Of a DNA stretch of 64,000 nt, positions 1-9,447 are shown piece after piece (the stretch's first letter is position 1; each line of letters starts with the position of its first letter). The notes under the pieces were generated by a model. The model was given only the letters and a program-made list of their open reading frames with translations, did no database searches and was not told the origin of the DNA. Position numbers and translations under genes: made by a program. Source of the stretch: Alphaproteobacteria bacterium (GTDB lineage: Bacteria; Pseudomonadota; Alphaproteobacteria; UBA828); contig CBDCRW010000004.1 in assembly GCA_965221125.1 (NCBI GenBank), positions 672,001 through 736,000 on the forward strand, written 5' to 3'.

Positions 1-364
1 TTTGACGTGATCGCTGCCCTGATTTCCCAGATTGCTCGGTCTTTTCCGGATCGAAGCGTAGGAGCTCATGGTCTCTGCGGGCGGTCCGGGGTCGCTGTCT
101 GATTGAGGTTTGGACTGGTGCTTGAGGAGAGCTGACGAGGTGTCGCGCGGCCGTCGGCGCGTCAAGCGGCTGCGCCGCTCCTGCGCTTCGCTTCGGCCCT
201 TCGGGTGACTCGCCACCGTCCACACGACGAAGTGCTGCCATGGCCTGAAGCAAGCTTCCGGCCACGGACTGGCCGCTCACCTGACGTAGTATCCCGGTGG
301 AGGCGCAGCGCCTTCCGGACCGTTGGGGAAGGGTGGTTCCCGACGGCGGTTCCGGCTCGAACCC

Positions 365-1405
365 CTAGGCGTTGGCGGAACCGGGCTCCGGGAACCGCGG
401 GGCCTGCGGCCGACTGCTGCCGTTGGCGGCGGCGGCCGCCGCCCGCTTGTCCGCTGCGCCTGCGACGACGCTGTAGCCGCCCTCGGCGTTGCGCGCGACG
501 CGACCCTCCTGGACGAGCTTTTGCAAGATTACGCCGACGGTCTTGTGCCGGGTCGCGGCGCGTTCCCGGATCTGGCGTTGCGAGAGCGGCGCCCCGGCGT
601 CGGCGAGCGCCTTGAGAACGCGGCATTCGGGTGTTTCGGGCTGAGGCGCCCCGCCGCCGGCCGTGGGCGGCTGGCGCAGCCGGAAGGAGGGCTCCTCTCC
701 GTCTTCCTTGAGCTCGATCTCGATGTCGTCGAGACCGCGTGCGGCGCGATGCTCGACGGTCATGAGGGTCTGCCGGTCCCGGCGGCGCAGGTAGAGGTTC
801 GAGTCCCCCCAGGCGTGCAGCTCACTGCTGCCCCGCAGGGCCTGCCCCGGCCTCGTGGCCCCGCTCTTGCGGGCGTGGTGGACGAGGAGGACGGCGGTCT
901 CGAAGCGGCGTTGCAGGTCGCGCAGGAAGCCGAGGATCGGGGCGACGTCCGCAACCGTGTTCTCGTCCACGCCGTGCAGGCGGACCAGGGGGTCGAGGAC
1001 CACGAGGCGCGGTGCGATGCGCTCCACGGTCTGCTGCAGGCGGCGGCGGTCGTCGAGATGGTCGAGGCGCAGTGTGGGCACGTCGATGACGGCGATGTCG
1101 AGGGTCTCGAAGCGGGCGCCTGCGGCGCGGGCGATCCCCTGCAGGCGCTTGCGCACGAGGTGGCCGGCGTCTTCTGCGGCGAACAGCAGGACCGGGCCAG
1201 GCCGGGCCGGGGCGAAGTGCCGCAGGCATGGGACGCCGGCGGCGACTGCGACCGCGAGGTCCAGCGCCAGGATGGACTTGCCGCACTTCGGCTCGCCGCC
1301 GACGATGCCGACGGCCTGCTCGCCCCATAGCGTGTCCACCAGCCATTGCTGCTCGCGCGGCCGCTCCTCCAGCTCGATCGGGGCGCGGGTCGGGAAGCCG
1401 GTCAT
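365..1405 (-). CDS. AAA_25 / RepA-like (RecA-fold) ATPase-helicase with C-terminal winged helix, ~346 aa
   Basis: Start MTGFPTRAP overlaps the upstream stop (ATGA). Walker A GEPKCGKS, Walker B LVVLDPL, LLVHHARK and LRGSSELHAWGD motifs; wHTH-like tail RVLKALADAGAPLSQRQIRE...GGYSVV. Confidence 0.8.
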   Translation of the reverse strand: MTGFPTRAPIELEERPREQQWLVDTLWGEQAVGIVGGEPKCGKSILALDLAVAVAAGVPCLRHFAPARPGPVLLFAAEDAGHLVRKRLQGIARAAGARFETLDIAVIDVPTLRLDHLDDRRRLQQTVERIAPRLVVLDPLVRLHGVDENTVADVAPILGFLRDLQRRFETAVLLVHHARKSGATRPGQALRGSSELHAWGDSNLYLRRRDRQTLMTVEHRAARGLDDIEIELKEDGEEPSFRLRQPPTAGGGAPQPETPECRVLKALADAGAPLSQRQIRERAATRHKTVGVILQKLVQEGRVARNAEGGYSVVAGAADKRAAAAAANGSSRPQAPRFPEPGSANA

Positions 1406-2205
1406 GGCCGCAGTTCCTCGAGCGCGTGCTGCAGGTGGTCGGCACTGACGGTCCTCGCCTCGTCGAGAGCGGCGGCGGAGAGCGCGTAGTGGGCGATGCG
1501 GTTGATCTGGCGCGGCAGGCCGCGCGCGCCCTGGAACAGGGCCTCGACGGCGGGCTCTTCGAACAGCGGCAGTTCGCATCCCGCGAGCCTGAGGCGGTGC
1601 TTGATGTAAGCGTCGACCTCGTCGCGGTCGAGACCGCTCAGGTGGTGGCGGACGACGAGGCGCTGGCTGAGGGATTCGTGCATGGCCATGGCCAGGCGGC
1701 GCCTGAGCTCGGTCAGACCGACGAGGACGAGGCACAGGCGCTGCTCTGCATCCATGGCGAAGTTGGTGAGCAGGCGCAGGTCCTCAAGGACGTCGTTGCG
1801 CAGATGATGGGCCTCGTCGATGACGAGGACCGGCAGCTGCTTGGCCTCGGTGACGAGGCGGGAGATCTCGTTTCGGATGGCCTGATAGGCCGAGGCGCGG
1901 GAGCGCTCGATGGGCAGGCCGATCTCCCACGCGATCGCCTTGTACATGTCGAGCACGTTGCCCGTGGTCAGCGAGACGTAGTGGACCCGGTAGAGGCCTG
2001 GATGAAGCTGCGCGGTCAGATGCCGGCACACGGTGGTCTTGCCGGAGCCCACCTCGCCGGTGAGCAGGCCGATGCCGCGCAGGTCGATGAGGTGGCCGAG
2101 CCTGGCCTCGGCCTCGCGGCGCGCGTTGGACTCGAACAGCTCGTCGGTCTCTGCCGGGGTCTCGAAGGGCAGGCGGGTGAAGGCGAAGTGGCGCAGGTAC
2201 ATCAC
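1402..2205 (-). CDS. ExeA/TnsC/TniB-like AAA+ transposition ATPase
   Basis: MYLRHFAFTRLPF start, Walker A GEVGSGKT, Walker B VLVIDEAH, GLPRQIN; coupled to the transposase stop. Confidence 0.88.
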   Translation of the reverse strand: MMYLRHFAFTRLPFETPAETDELFESNARREAEARLGHLIDLRGIGLLTGEVGSGKTTVCRHLTAQLHPGLYRVHYVSLTTGNVLDMYKAIAWEIGLPIERSRASAYQAIRNEISRLVTEAKQLPVLVIDEAHHLRNDVLEDLRLLTNFAMDAEQRLCLVLVGLTELRRRLAMAMHESLSQRLVVRHHLSGLDRDEVDAYIKHRLRLAGCELPLFEEPAVEALFQGARGLPRQINRIAHYALSAAALDEARTVSADHLQHALEELRP

Positions 2206-3530
2206 TCGTCCTCCTTCTTGTCCTTGAGGTTGCGCATGGCCAGCGGCGAGGGCGGAGGCTCGGGCGCCGGATCTTCGGCCTCGATCTCCCTGGCCGGGTA
2301 GGTGCGCCTGACGGCGGTATTGGCGTAGGCGTCGAGAGGGCTGGCCTTGCCGGCCGGCTTGCCGTCATGGACCACGTCGAGAGGGCGCGAGGGCGGCGCG
2401 GCCGGGTCGTAGCGCAGGATGACGTTCTGACCCACCAGGAGGGCGTCGACCTCGTAGACGCGGCCGTTCAGACTAACGGTGCGGTCCTTGTAGACACGGC
2501 GCCTGGCCTCGAAGAGGAACAGATCGTCGAGGTCCATGGTGGCGTCGGGATAGCGCACGCCGGCCGAGGCCAGCGCCCACTGCTCAAGCGGGGTGCGCCC
2601 CTCGTCGAGGCCACGATGCGGGCTGTTGTGATACTCCCCCTCGATCCAGGCCCAGAGGCTGCGGTTGAGCGCCTCCAGGCTGTCGACGTCATCGCCGAGG
2701 TGGCGGAGCCAGCCGGCCCGGAGGGTGCGGAAGAAGCGCTCGATCTTACCCTTTCCCGCTGGCTGGAACGCCCTTGCGTGAATCAACGCAACGCCGAGCC
2801 TGGCGCAGACCAGGGAGAGATGACGGGAGCGGTAGGCGCTTCCGTTGTCGACGTACAAGCGGGCCGGGAGGCCGCGCCGGATCAGCGCGTCCTTGAACAC
2901 CGGCAGGAACGCCGCAGTGTTCTCCGCCATGGCGAAGGCGGCGAACGGGATGACGCGGGTGGCGTCGTCGATGAAGGCGATCAGGTAGGTCTTGCGCCGG
3001 GTTCGGCCGTGCCGGACCTTGGGTCCGTGCATGACGTCGCTCATCCACATCTCGCCGGCATGCCGGAAGGCGAAGCGGCGGCGATCCGCCCCGTCGGGCG
3101 GCTTCTTGTCGAACAGGCCCTCGCGGCTGAAGAGGCGGTGCACGGTGGACGAGGCGAGCGGGTGGTCGATACCCTCCTCCTTGACCTTCTGGATGATGGC
3201 GCGAACCGACAATGCGTCGTTCTCGGTCTTCAGCGCGATGAGGCGCTCGGCGACCTCGGGCGGCAGCCGCCGGGGCTTCCCCCGGTCGGTGCGGGGCTTG
3301 GGGTAGAGCGCGTCGAAGCCGCCGTAGCGGTAGTCCTTGATCCAGCGCCGCATGGTCTCGGCGGCGACCCGGGTCCTGGTGGTTCCGGGGATCGTGTAGG
3401 TCTTCTCGGCTTTGGCGCGCATCATCGCGCCGGCACCCGGTGCACCCACGGGCAGATGCACCAGATCGGCGATGACGTCGTATCGGAAGAGCGCGATCTG
3501 TTGGCGAAGGTCGTCGTCTGAGCTGTTCAT
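2202..3530 (-). CDS. DDE transposase/integrase (HTH + rve core + Mu-transposase-like C-terminus)
   Basis: WMSDVMHG (D), LYVDNGSAY (D), GKIERFF (E), EYHNSPHRGL..TP; C-terminal RRVYKDRTVSLNGRVYEV. Confidence 0.92.
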   Translation of the reverse strand: MNSSDDDLRQQIALFRYDVIADLVHLPVGAPGAGAMMRAKAEKTYTIPGTTRTRVAAETMRRWIKDYRYGGFDALYPKPRTDRGKPRRLPPEVAERLIALKTENDALSVRAIIQKVKEEGIDHPLASSTVHRLFSREGLFDKKPPDGADRRRFAFRHAGEMWMSDVMHGPKVRHGRTRRKTYLIAFIDDATRVIPFAAFAMAENTAAFLPVFKDALIRRGLPARLYVDNGSAYRSRHLSLVCARLGVALIHARAFQPAGKGKIERFFRTLRAGWLRHLGDDVDSLEALNRSLWAWIEGEYHNSPHRGLDEGRTPLEQWALASAGVRYPDATMDLDDLFLFEARRRVYKDRTVSLNGRVYEVDALLVGQNVILRYDPAAPPSRPLDVVHDGKPAGKASPLDAYANTAVRRTYPAREIEAEDPAPEPPPSPLAMRNLKDKKEDE

Positions 3531-3575
3531 GGTGCGATCCTCGTTCAGGGACTCCCTGGCCCCGGGATCGTCACG

Positions 3576-4211
3576 CTACGAACTCTCCGGCGGCGGGTCC
3601 GGCCCCGCCCGTTGTTGGAACTGCGGTTTGCGATTCCCCACGTCGATGCCGTGGGGTTGGAAGCCCAGAGGCGCGGGTAGCGTCCGGAGCTGCCCGGCGA
3701 CCAGGCCGCGCAGTTCCATCAACGCGCTGTCGCTCTTCAGACGCTCGCGCACCGCGCTCATGGTGGGCGCGCAGCCCGCGAGCAGGTCGGGGATCAGGCC
3801 GATGACGCGCACAAGCGCGTCGTGCACAAGCTTCAGCCTGCGGCGGATCCAACGCACGGCGCCGGGAAGCTCGATGGCGTCCTCGTCCTCGGGGCAGCGC
3901 ACCTCGTCCGCTGCCTCCTCCAGGCTGCCGGCCTCCTCCGCCACGACAACAACCGCTTCCAGCGCATCGAGCGTGCCCGGCAGCCGCGCCGCCAGACAGT
4001 CGGCCAGCAGGCCGATGGTCGTATGGCTCTCACGGCAATACCAGCGAGGAACCCTTGCGCCGGGCGGGGTCTTCCGCTCGTAGGTGCCGTGGCTTGCCAC
4101 AGAACATCCGCCGTGCGGGTGATTCGGGCAGCGCTCAAGCCTTGCGTCGCGCCACGCCTCGGTCTTAACGTATTCCTCGCTGGTGAGCCCCGTTTCGTAG
4201 CGAAGCTGCAC
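3576..4211 (-). CDS. Cys/His-rich putative Zn-binding transposon protein (DUF6431-like)
   Basis: CPNH..C...HGTYER.....RWYCRESH pattern; first gene of the element operon; GTG start. Confidence 0.6.
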   Translation of the reverse strand: MQLRYETGLTSEEYVKTEAWRDARLERCPNHPHGGCSVASHGTYERKTPPGARVPRWYCRESHTTIGLLADCLAARLPGTLDALEAVVVVAEEAGSLEEAADEVRCPEDEDAIELPGAVRWIRRRLKLVHDALVRVIGLIPDLLAGCAPTMSAVRERLKSDSALMELRGLVAGQLRTLPAPLGFQPHGIDVGNRKPQFQQRAGPDPPPESS

Positions 4212-4300
4212 CGGCCCTGGCCCGGCGGGAGTTCCGTCCCCCGGGCCTCTCTTTGTCGTTCAGTGAGAGGCCAAGATTACGGACGCTCCCCGCCGCCGCC

Positions 4301-4434
4301 AAGCTGTGGAGCCGTGGACGCGTCCTGCGGACCGATCGGCGTCCTGCGGACCGTGTGGACAGCCCGTGGACAAGCTGGCGCTTGCCCACCGCCTGACCAC
4401 ACTCGCCGATCTCGCGCCCACCGCTCCACAGCTT
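4301..4434. other. Long imperfect hairpin in transposon leader (copy A)
   Basis: AAGCTGTGGAGC...GCTCCACAGCTT closing stem with nested stems; mirror of 45033-45166. Confidence 0.7.
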
Positions 4435-4580
4435 CAACAGCAATGAGGATTCTGCTGAGGATCAAAAAAATGCCGCAGGCAGCGTCCTTCCCGCACTCGG
4501 CCACCATCCCGGGAAATCCACCAACCAATCAAAGTGAGAAAAAAACCCGTGCTTCTATCCGGCTAGACCGGAAAACAACA

Positions 4581-4944
4581 CCCCGACATGCGCGAGCCGG
4601 CGCACGCGATGGTGTGCTGGACCGAGGGCGGACGGGTCGAGGGCGGAACCGGGATGGCGATCCGCCTTGCCAGGCACTACCGGATCCCGATTGTCAACCT
4701 TGCCGGAATGGACATGCGCGAGGCGATGGATCGCCTGGACCGAATCGGGCAGTCGCGCGACAGCCCTGACCTGGAGCAGGAGCTTGCGACTTCGGGCGGA
4801 TCCGAGGGCGAAACCCCGTCCGTGACACCGGCGCGGTCCCAGCGCGACAAGAGGGACGAGGACTGGTGGTTGGCCGAAGGCGTGCAGCAGGCGCGGACCG
4901 AAGAGCCACGAAAGATGACCCGGCAGCACTCACTGCATCTCTGA
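4581..4944 (+). pseudogene. 3' half of a split DUF4326-SLOG (DprA/YspA-like) gene
   Basis: PDMREPAHAMVCWTEGGRVEGGTGMAIRLARHYRIPIVNL continues in frame from ...ARNVAILVGP at 49508 (- strand) through the duplicated CCCCG. Confidence 0.88.
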
Positions 4945-5050
4945 CGCGAGCGGGGGTGCCCGTGAGGGAACGGCCCTGGACGCTTCTCTTCTTCGACAAA
5001 TGTCCCGTTAGGTGCTGCGGCTCCCCTTCCCCGCAAATCGTCACCCATAG

Positions 5051-6663
5051 CCCGAATTATTCATGGCAGGTCTGGTTTTGGGGTGGCGGACGTAGCGTAA
5101 GTCGTTGCCATCGGGTAGGAATTCGTTGCCGAGGCGTCTTCCTCTCCGAACAACGAAAATGCCACGCCCGCCATGACCGACGATAGTCTTCTTCCCTTCG
5201 ATCTGCCAAGCGTCCAACGCAAGAAGGTGAGCGCCGCCTTCGACGGCGGCCTGATCTCGTCTGACGGCGGCCTCGTCCTGCTTCGTGAGGCGGAACGCAG
5301 CTTGCGCCTGGCCGAGACCCTGGCCGGCTGCATCCGCGACCGGCGCAAGCAGGCGCAGGTGATCCACTCGCTCTCGGCCATGCTGCGCTTCCGCATGTTC
5401 GCCATTGCGTGTGGCTACGAAGATGCCGACGACTGCGACGCGCTGCGCGCGGACCCTCTGTTCAAGCTGGCCTCAGGCAAGGCGCCGGAGAGCGGCCGCG
5501 CACTCTGCTCCCAGCCGACCATGAGCCGCCTGGAGAACGCGCCGTCTCGTATCGAGGTGGCGCGCATGACGGCGGCGCTGGTCGATCTCTTCTGCCGCAG
5601 CTTCCAAGCCCCTCCCGCCGCCATAACCCTTGACATCGACGACACCTGCGATGCGGTGCACGGCCACCAGCAGCTCTCGCTCTTCAACGCTCATTACGAC
5701 ACGCGCTGCTTCCTGCCCGTCCACGTCTACCATGTGGAAAGCGGCAAGCCGGTGGCGGTCCTCCTGCGCCCGGGCAAGACGCCGTCGGGCCCTGAGGTCC
5801 GCACCCTCATCAAGCATCTGGTCCGCCGCATCCGCCGCCACTGGCCGCACACCCGGATCGTCTTCCGCGGAGACAGCCACTACGGCCGCCCGGAAGCCAT
5901 GGCCTGGTGCGAGGAGAACGGGGTCGACTACATCTTCGGCCTCGCGGGCAACCGCGCGCTGCACGCGCTCGCATACGAGATGGCCGACGATCTCAAGGTG
6001 CGCCGCGCCAAGGCCGGCGCAGACAGGATGCGCAGCTTCACCGCCTTCGACTACGCCGCCCGCTCCTGGAGCTGCGAACGCCGGGTCGTCGCCCGGCTCG
6101 AGGCGAGCACCCGCGGCTTCGATGCCCGCTATGTCGTCACCTCACTCAAGGGCGAGCCCCGCCATCTCTACGAAGACATCTACTGCGCCCGCGGCCAGGC
6201 CGAGAACCTGATCAAGATGCACAAGGGCCAGCTCGCCTCGGACCGCACCTCCTGCCAGAGCCCGCTCGCCAATCAGCTCAGGCTGGTCCTCCACACCGCA
6301 GCCTACTGGCTCATGCTCGCGCTGCGCGACGCCATTCCCCGCGCCGCGCCGCTCGCCCGTGCAGAGTTTGCAACCCTCAGGCTGCGCCTCCTCAAGATCG
6401 GTGCCCGCGTCATCGAGAAGGCCACCCGCATCCGCATCCACTTCGCCTCGGCCTGCCCCGACGCCGCCCTCTTCCGCCTGCTCGCAGGCCGCCTCGCCGC
6501 AGCAGGCCCATGAGCGACGGGGCGGCGTGCCCCAATCACCCAGGCTCCATAAACCATCAACCCGATAACGACCATCCTCAGTTCCCGACGCCAAACCGCG
6601 TCAGGCCCCGACGCGCCCAATCAACCGAGCATCAAGTGCAAGGCAGTCCATGAATAGGTCGGG
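5051..6663 (+). mobile_element. IS1380-family insertion sequence
   Basis: TIRs CCCGAATTATTCATGG / CCATGAATAGGTCGGG (14/16); 4-bp ATAG duplication at 5047-5050 and 6664-6667. Confidence 0.93.
5173..6513 (+). CDS. IS1380-family transposase
   Basis: FDGGLISSDGG, GYEDADDCD, TLDIDDT, FRGDSHY, YCARGQAENLIK motifs. Confidence 0.95.
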   Translation: MTDDSLLPFDLPSVQRKKVSAAFDGGLISSDGGLVLLREAERSLRLAETLAGCIRDRRKQAQVIHSLSAMLRFRMFAIACGYEDADDCDALRADPLFKLASGKAPESGRALCSQPTMSRLENAPSRIEVARMTAALVDLFCRSFQAPPAAITLDIDDTCDAVHGHQQLSLFNAHYDTRCFLPVHVYHVESGKPVAVLLRPGKTPSGPEVRTLIKHLVRRIRRHWPHTRIVFRGDSHYGRPEAMAWCEENGVDYIFGLAGNRALHALAYEMADDLKVRRAKAGADRMRSFTAFDYAARSWSCERRVVARLEASTRGFDARYVVTSLKGEPRHLYEDIYCARGQAENLIKMHKGQLASDRTSCQSPLANQLRLVLHTAAYWLMLALRDAIPRAAPLARAEFATLRLRLLKIGARVIEKATRIRIHFASACPDAALFRLLAGRLAAAGP

Positions 6664-6731
6664 ATAGAGACTTAAGGATCCCTGACGAGGTTTATGTCCC
6701 GTTGAAGCTGACTTCCCGACAAATTGCGTCC

Positions 6732-7385
6732 TCAGCGCCCCAACTTTGTCTTAGCAAACTCTATCGTTGCGCGTGACAGGGCTGCGTATTCGTTACGCGC
6801 CTCCGCCTCGTCGCAGATCTCTTCCCAAAGCAGTCTCTTTAGTTCTCCATTGTTACAGCGCTCTGCTGTATCAACAAGACTCAACAAACTCGCTTGCCTC
6901 TCGGCACGCTTTTCGACAAGCTCCGGTCGATTGAGTTCCAGCAAACGTTCGGTTAGGGCCGCGGCGTCACTTCCTGGCTTTGGGCGCATAATCGGACCAA
7001 GATGCCAAAACTGCTCCTCAGGGTCGACCAAATAGGGATCGACGAATGTTTGTTCATCCACGGGGGTATTGGACTTGTTTGTATTGCACACATCGCATGC
7101 CAACGTTAGATTATTCCAACTAAACCATTTTGACGGTTCATCAGACTTAGGAACTACATGCTCAATATCTCCATAGCTTATGTGCCTAAGTTTACTTTCA
7201 CAGTACGCGCACTTCCCGAAGGTCTCCAAAACTAACGCCTCCTTGACCTCGGGGTGATTGTAACGGCCTTTTTCTGTCTTTGTGGGCACCAATCCGGCGT
7301 TGATCTTGTTAACGACTATATTTGTCCAACGTAGTGCGTTTTGCGACAGTACACCCGGCTCCTCGCCCTTTTCCAGCTTAATCAT
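6732..7385 (-). CDS. HNH endonuclease (PtuB/Septu-like), ~217 aa
   Basis: KCAYCES..GDIEHVVPKS..WNNLTLACDVCNTNK; start MIKLEK overlaps the ATPase stop (ATGA); low GC. Confidence 0.85.
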   Translation of the reverse strand: MIKLEKGEEPGVLSQNALRWTNIVVNKINAGLVPTKTEKGRYNHPEVKEALVLETFGKCAYCESKLRHISYGDIEHVVPKSDEPSKWFSWNNLTLACDVCNTNKSNTPVDEQTFVDPYLVDPEEQFWHLGPIMRPKPGSDAAALTERLLELNRPELVEKRAERQASLLSLVDTAERCNNGELKRLLWEEICDEAEARNEYAALSRATIEFAKTKLGR

Positions 7386-8683
7386 TGCCCCTCCGTCAGC
7401 GCCGCGAGAGCTTCCGGATAGTGGACTTCGTACCCTAAACCGCGAAGTTCCTCCCGAAGTGTTGACAGGGTCTCTCTCGTTATCTCTCTCTGCCGGTACC
7501 GAGCTACGATGTTGGCGAGCTCCACCTCCACCCATTCTGGCATTGTCGCCTTCACTCCTAAAACCTCACGCAATACTGAATTAGCGCTGCCTGCCCTGTT
7601 AACAGTATCTAGTTCTTGGCTGACGACCCGACTGGATTCCGAAGCCTGGATCTGTTCACCGCCTTCGACATCTCCAGTCTCAGTATGAACGTATTGAAGA
7701 ACGTATACGCTCGAATCGCTGACCGAGGAAACCATAAATGGACTATGCGTCGCGATGATAAACTGCGCCTTAGGGAAAGTCTTCAACAGTCTACTCATGA
7801 CTGTTCGTTGCATCGTTGGGTGCAGATGGTTTTCTGGTTCATCAAAGGTGACTACAAACTCCTGGTGCTGCTGGGAAAACAGGTACAATCGCCAAGTTAG
7901 ATCGATGAGTGTCATTACGCCACCGGAAGCGGCGTCGATGATGAACTCGCCTGACTTGGTTACGAGAACAACCTCGGGAGGCCGCACTGAGACTTCGAGA
8001 AAGCCGAGCGATTCTGGCAACATAGATTGAAGAGCCTTAACAAATCCCTGATAGGCACTCAGGACTTGTTGGTTGCCCTGTACTTGACTATTGCCTTCGC
8101 CAAACATTGCCATCGCAATAATGGCTTCTTTCATTCTATAAGTAGGACTGTACCCCGTATGATTGCCTTGGTATCTATTGACAACCTCGCTGTTGTAAAT
8201 GTTATACGCTGTTTGCGGTGTGATGATATTTGTTGGAATCTGAGCGACCTGTTGGAAATGGGAGATGGGAGCATGTGAATCGATATGGATGCCAGGGACG
8301 TTCTGCTGTTGGTGTATTGCGACATTGTAGGAAACCGACGTTTCTTTTTGTACTTGTAGCTCAGACTGTACTCCGTTCGTGTAAGTAAGGGTTCCGACGT
8401 TAGACATATCTGAAGTTGTAGTCCATAGCCTCCGCCACAAATTCGCAATGGTATCTGTGAAAAGTCCCGCCAAGTAGGAATATTGACCGTCGGGTTGCCG
8501 AATGGGTGTGGCCAAAAACGGTTGATTAACACCAAAATGACTATGGAGTATCCTTAGAAGAGAACTCTTTCCAGCCCCGTTTGCGCCCGTTAACACGGTC
8601 AGTCGGGGGTGAAAAGAAATATCTACATGGCCGAACTGCCGCCAGCCTTGAATTTGTATCGAGGCAAATTTTGTGAAGCTCAT
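7382..8683 (-). CDS. ABC-type AAA_15/AAA_21 ATPase (PtuA/Septu-like)
   Basis: LTVLTGANGAGKSS, ASGG signature, FDEPENHLHP, IIATHSPF. Confidence 0.88.
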   Translation of the reverse strand: MSFTKFASIQIQGWRQFGHVDISFHPRLTVLTGANGAGKSSLLRILHSHFGVNQPFLATPIRQPDGQYSYLAGLFTDTIANLWRRLWTTTSDMSNVGTLTYTNGVQSELQVQKETSVSYNVAIHQQQNVPGIHIDSHAPISHFQQVAQIPTNIITPQTAYNIYNSEVVNRYQGNHTGYSPTYRMKEAIIAMAMFGEGNSQVQGNQQVLSAYQGFVKALQSMLPESLGFLEVSVRPPEVVLVTKSGEFIIDAASGGVMTLIDLTWRLYLFSQQHQEFVVTFDEPENHLHPTMQRTVMSRLLKTFPKAQFIIATHSPFMVSSVSDSSVYVLQYVHTETGDVEGGEQIQASESSRVVSQELDTVNRAGSANSVLREVLGVKATMPEWVEVELANIVARYRQREITRETLSTLREELRGLGYEVHYPEALAALTEGQ

Positions 8684-9447
8684 GAAACAAACTCCTGAAG
8701 CAGGTTTTTCTGTTTCGATGGGACCAATTGTACAGGCAAGTGTTTCGTCACAAAATCAACGAGCTGCCAAAGTCCGCGCTGTTGGGTCGAGAAATAGAGA
8801 GTCTGTCACTAGTGTTGGAGATGTAGTCATTGTGGATCGCTTCATGACAGAGTGTTTGATGCGTCTTAGAATAGCGGATGAATCCGTTCCGACTATTGGC
8901 TGCGAAGTTGAAGGAGCACGTTTTCAAAATATCTAACCTCGGCTCGGCTCATTCAATGGCACGCATCAGTCAGTGCGCGGGGGGTTGGTGCCACAAAGTG
9001 AAGGTCGTGCGCCTTTGCTTGAAGGATGTACGGACGATTGACCAGCTGATTCACGAGGTTCGCATTTTCTCTCACCGTTGCGCGGCACTTCGTTCCAGGG
9101 AATTCATGAGGGGCGCGCGTTGGCCCACGCAGAGCGCTGCACATCTGGGACGAGGTCCAGAACTTCTTACCGGAAGCGGTTGGAACTCATCATAGCTTCG
9201 TTCGCATCCGCCGCAACGGGGCCGCGGCATTCACCTTCTACGGCTCGGCTTTTGTGGGGGTCTTGGGCGGCGTCGCGCGCAATTCTGGCGCAGGTCGGGG
9301 CCGTGCGCATGGGCGGGGGCCGCGAAGGAAGACGGCAGGGCGGCTATACATGACCGGCGGACTGGGGTCGTCAAGCCTCGCACAACATTCCGTGAGAAGG
9401 CCATCGCGCCAGCGTGCCTGGAGGTATCCACTATGTTTGGCGAACCC

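Larger units (their letters stand above)
1..4580 (-). mobile_element. Mu/Tn7-like four-gene transposon, copy A (last 41 bp lie outside the window)
   Basis: Mirror image of 44887-49466 (position x pairs with 49467-x; all ORF translations identical). Ends at ...GAAAACAACA (4580), i.e. TGTTGTTT on the minus strand, followed by CCCCG. Confidence 0.93.

Noticed and set aside
365-1735. 456-aa version of the AAA_25 ORF
   Set aside because: The first 110 aa are Arg/Pro-rich and overlap the ATPase gene; the coupled ATG at 1405 (48062 in copy B) is the likely start.
8684-9447. Retron RT or msr-msd upstream of the PtuAB-like pair
   Set aside because: No YADD-type ORF or convincing a1/a2 repeat; the short ORFs here look non-coding.
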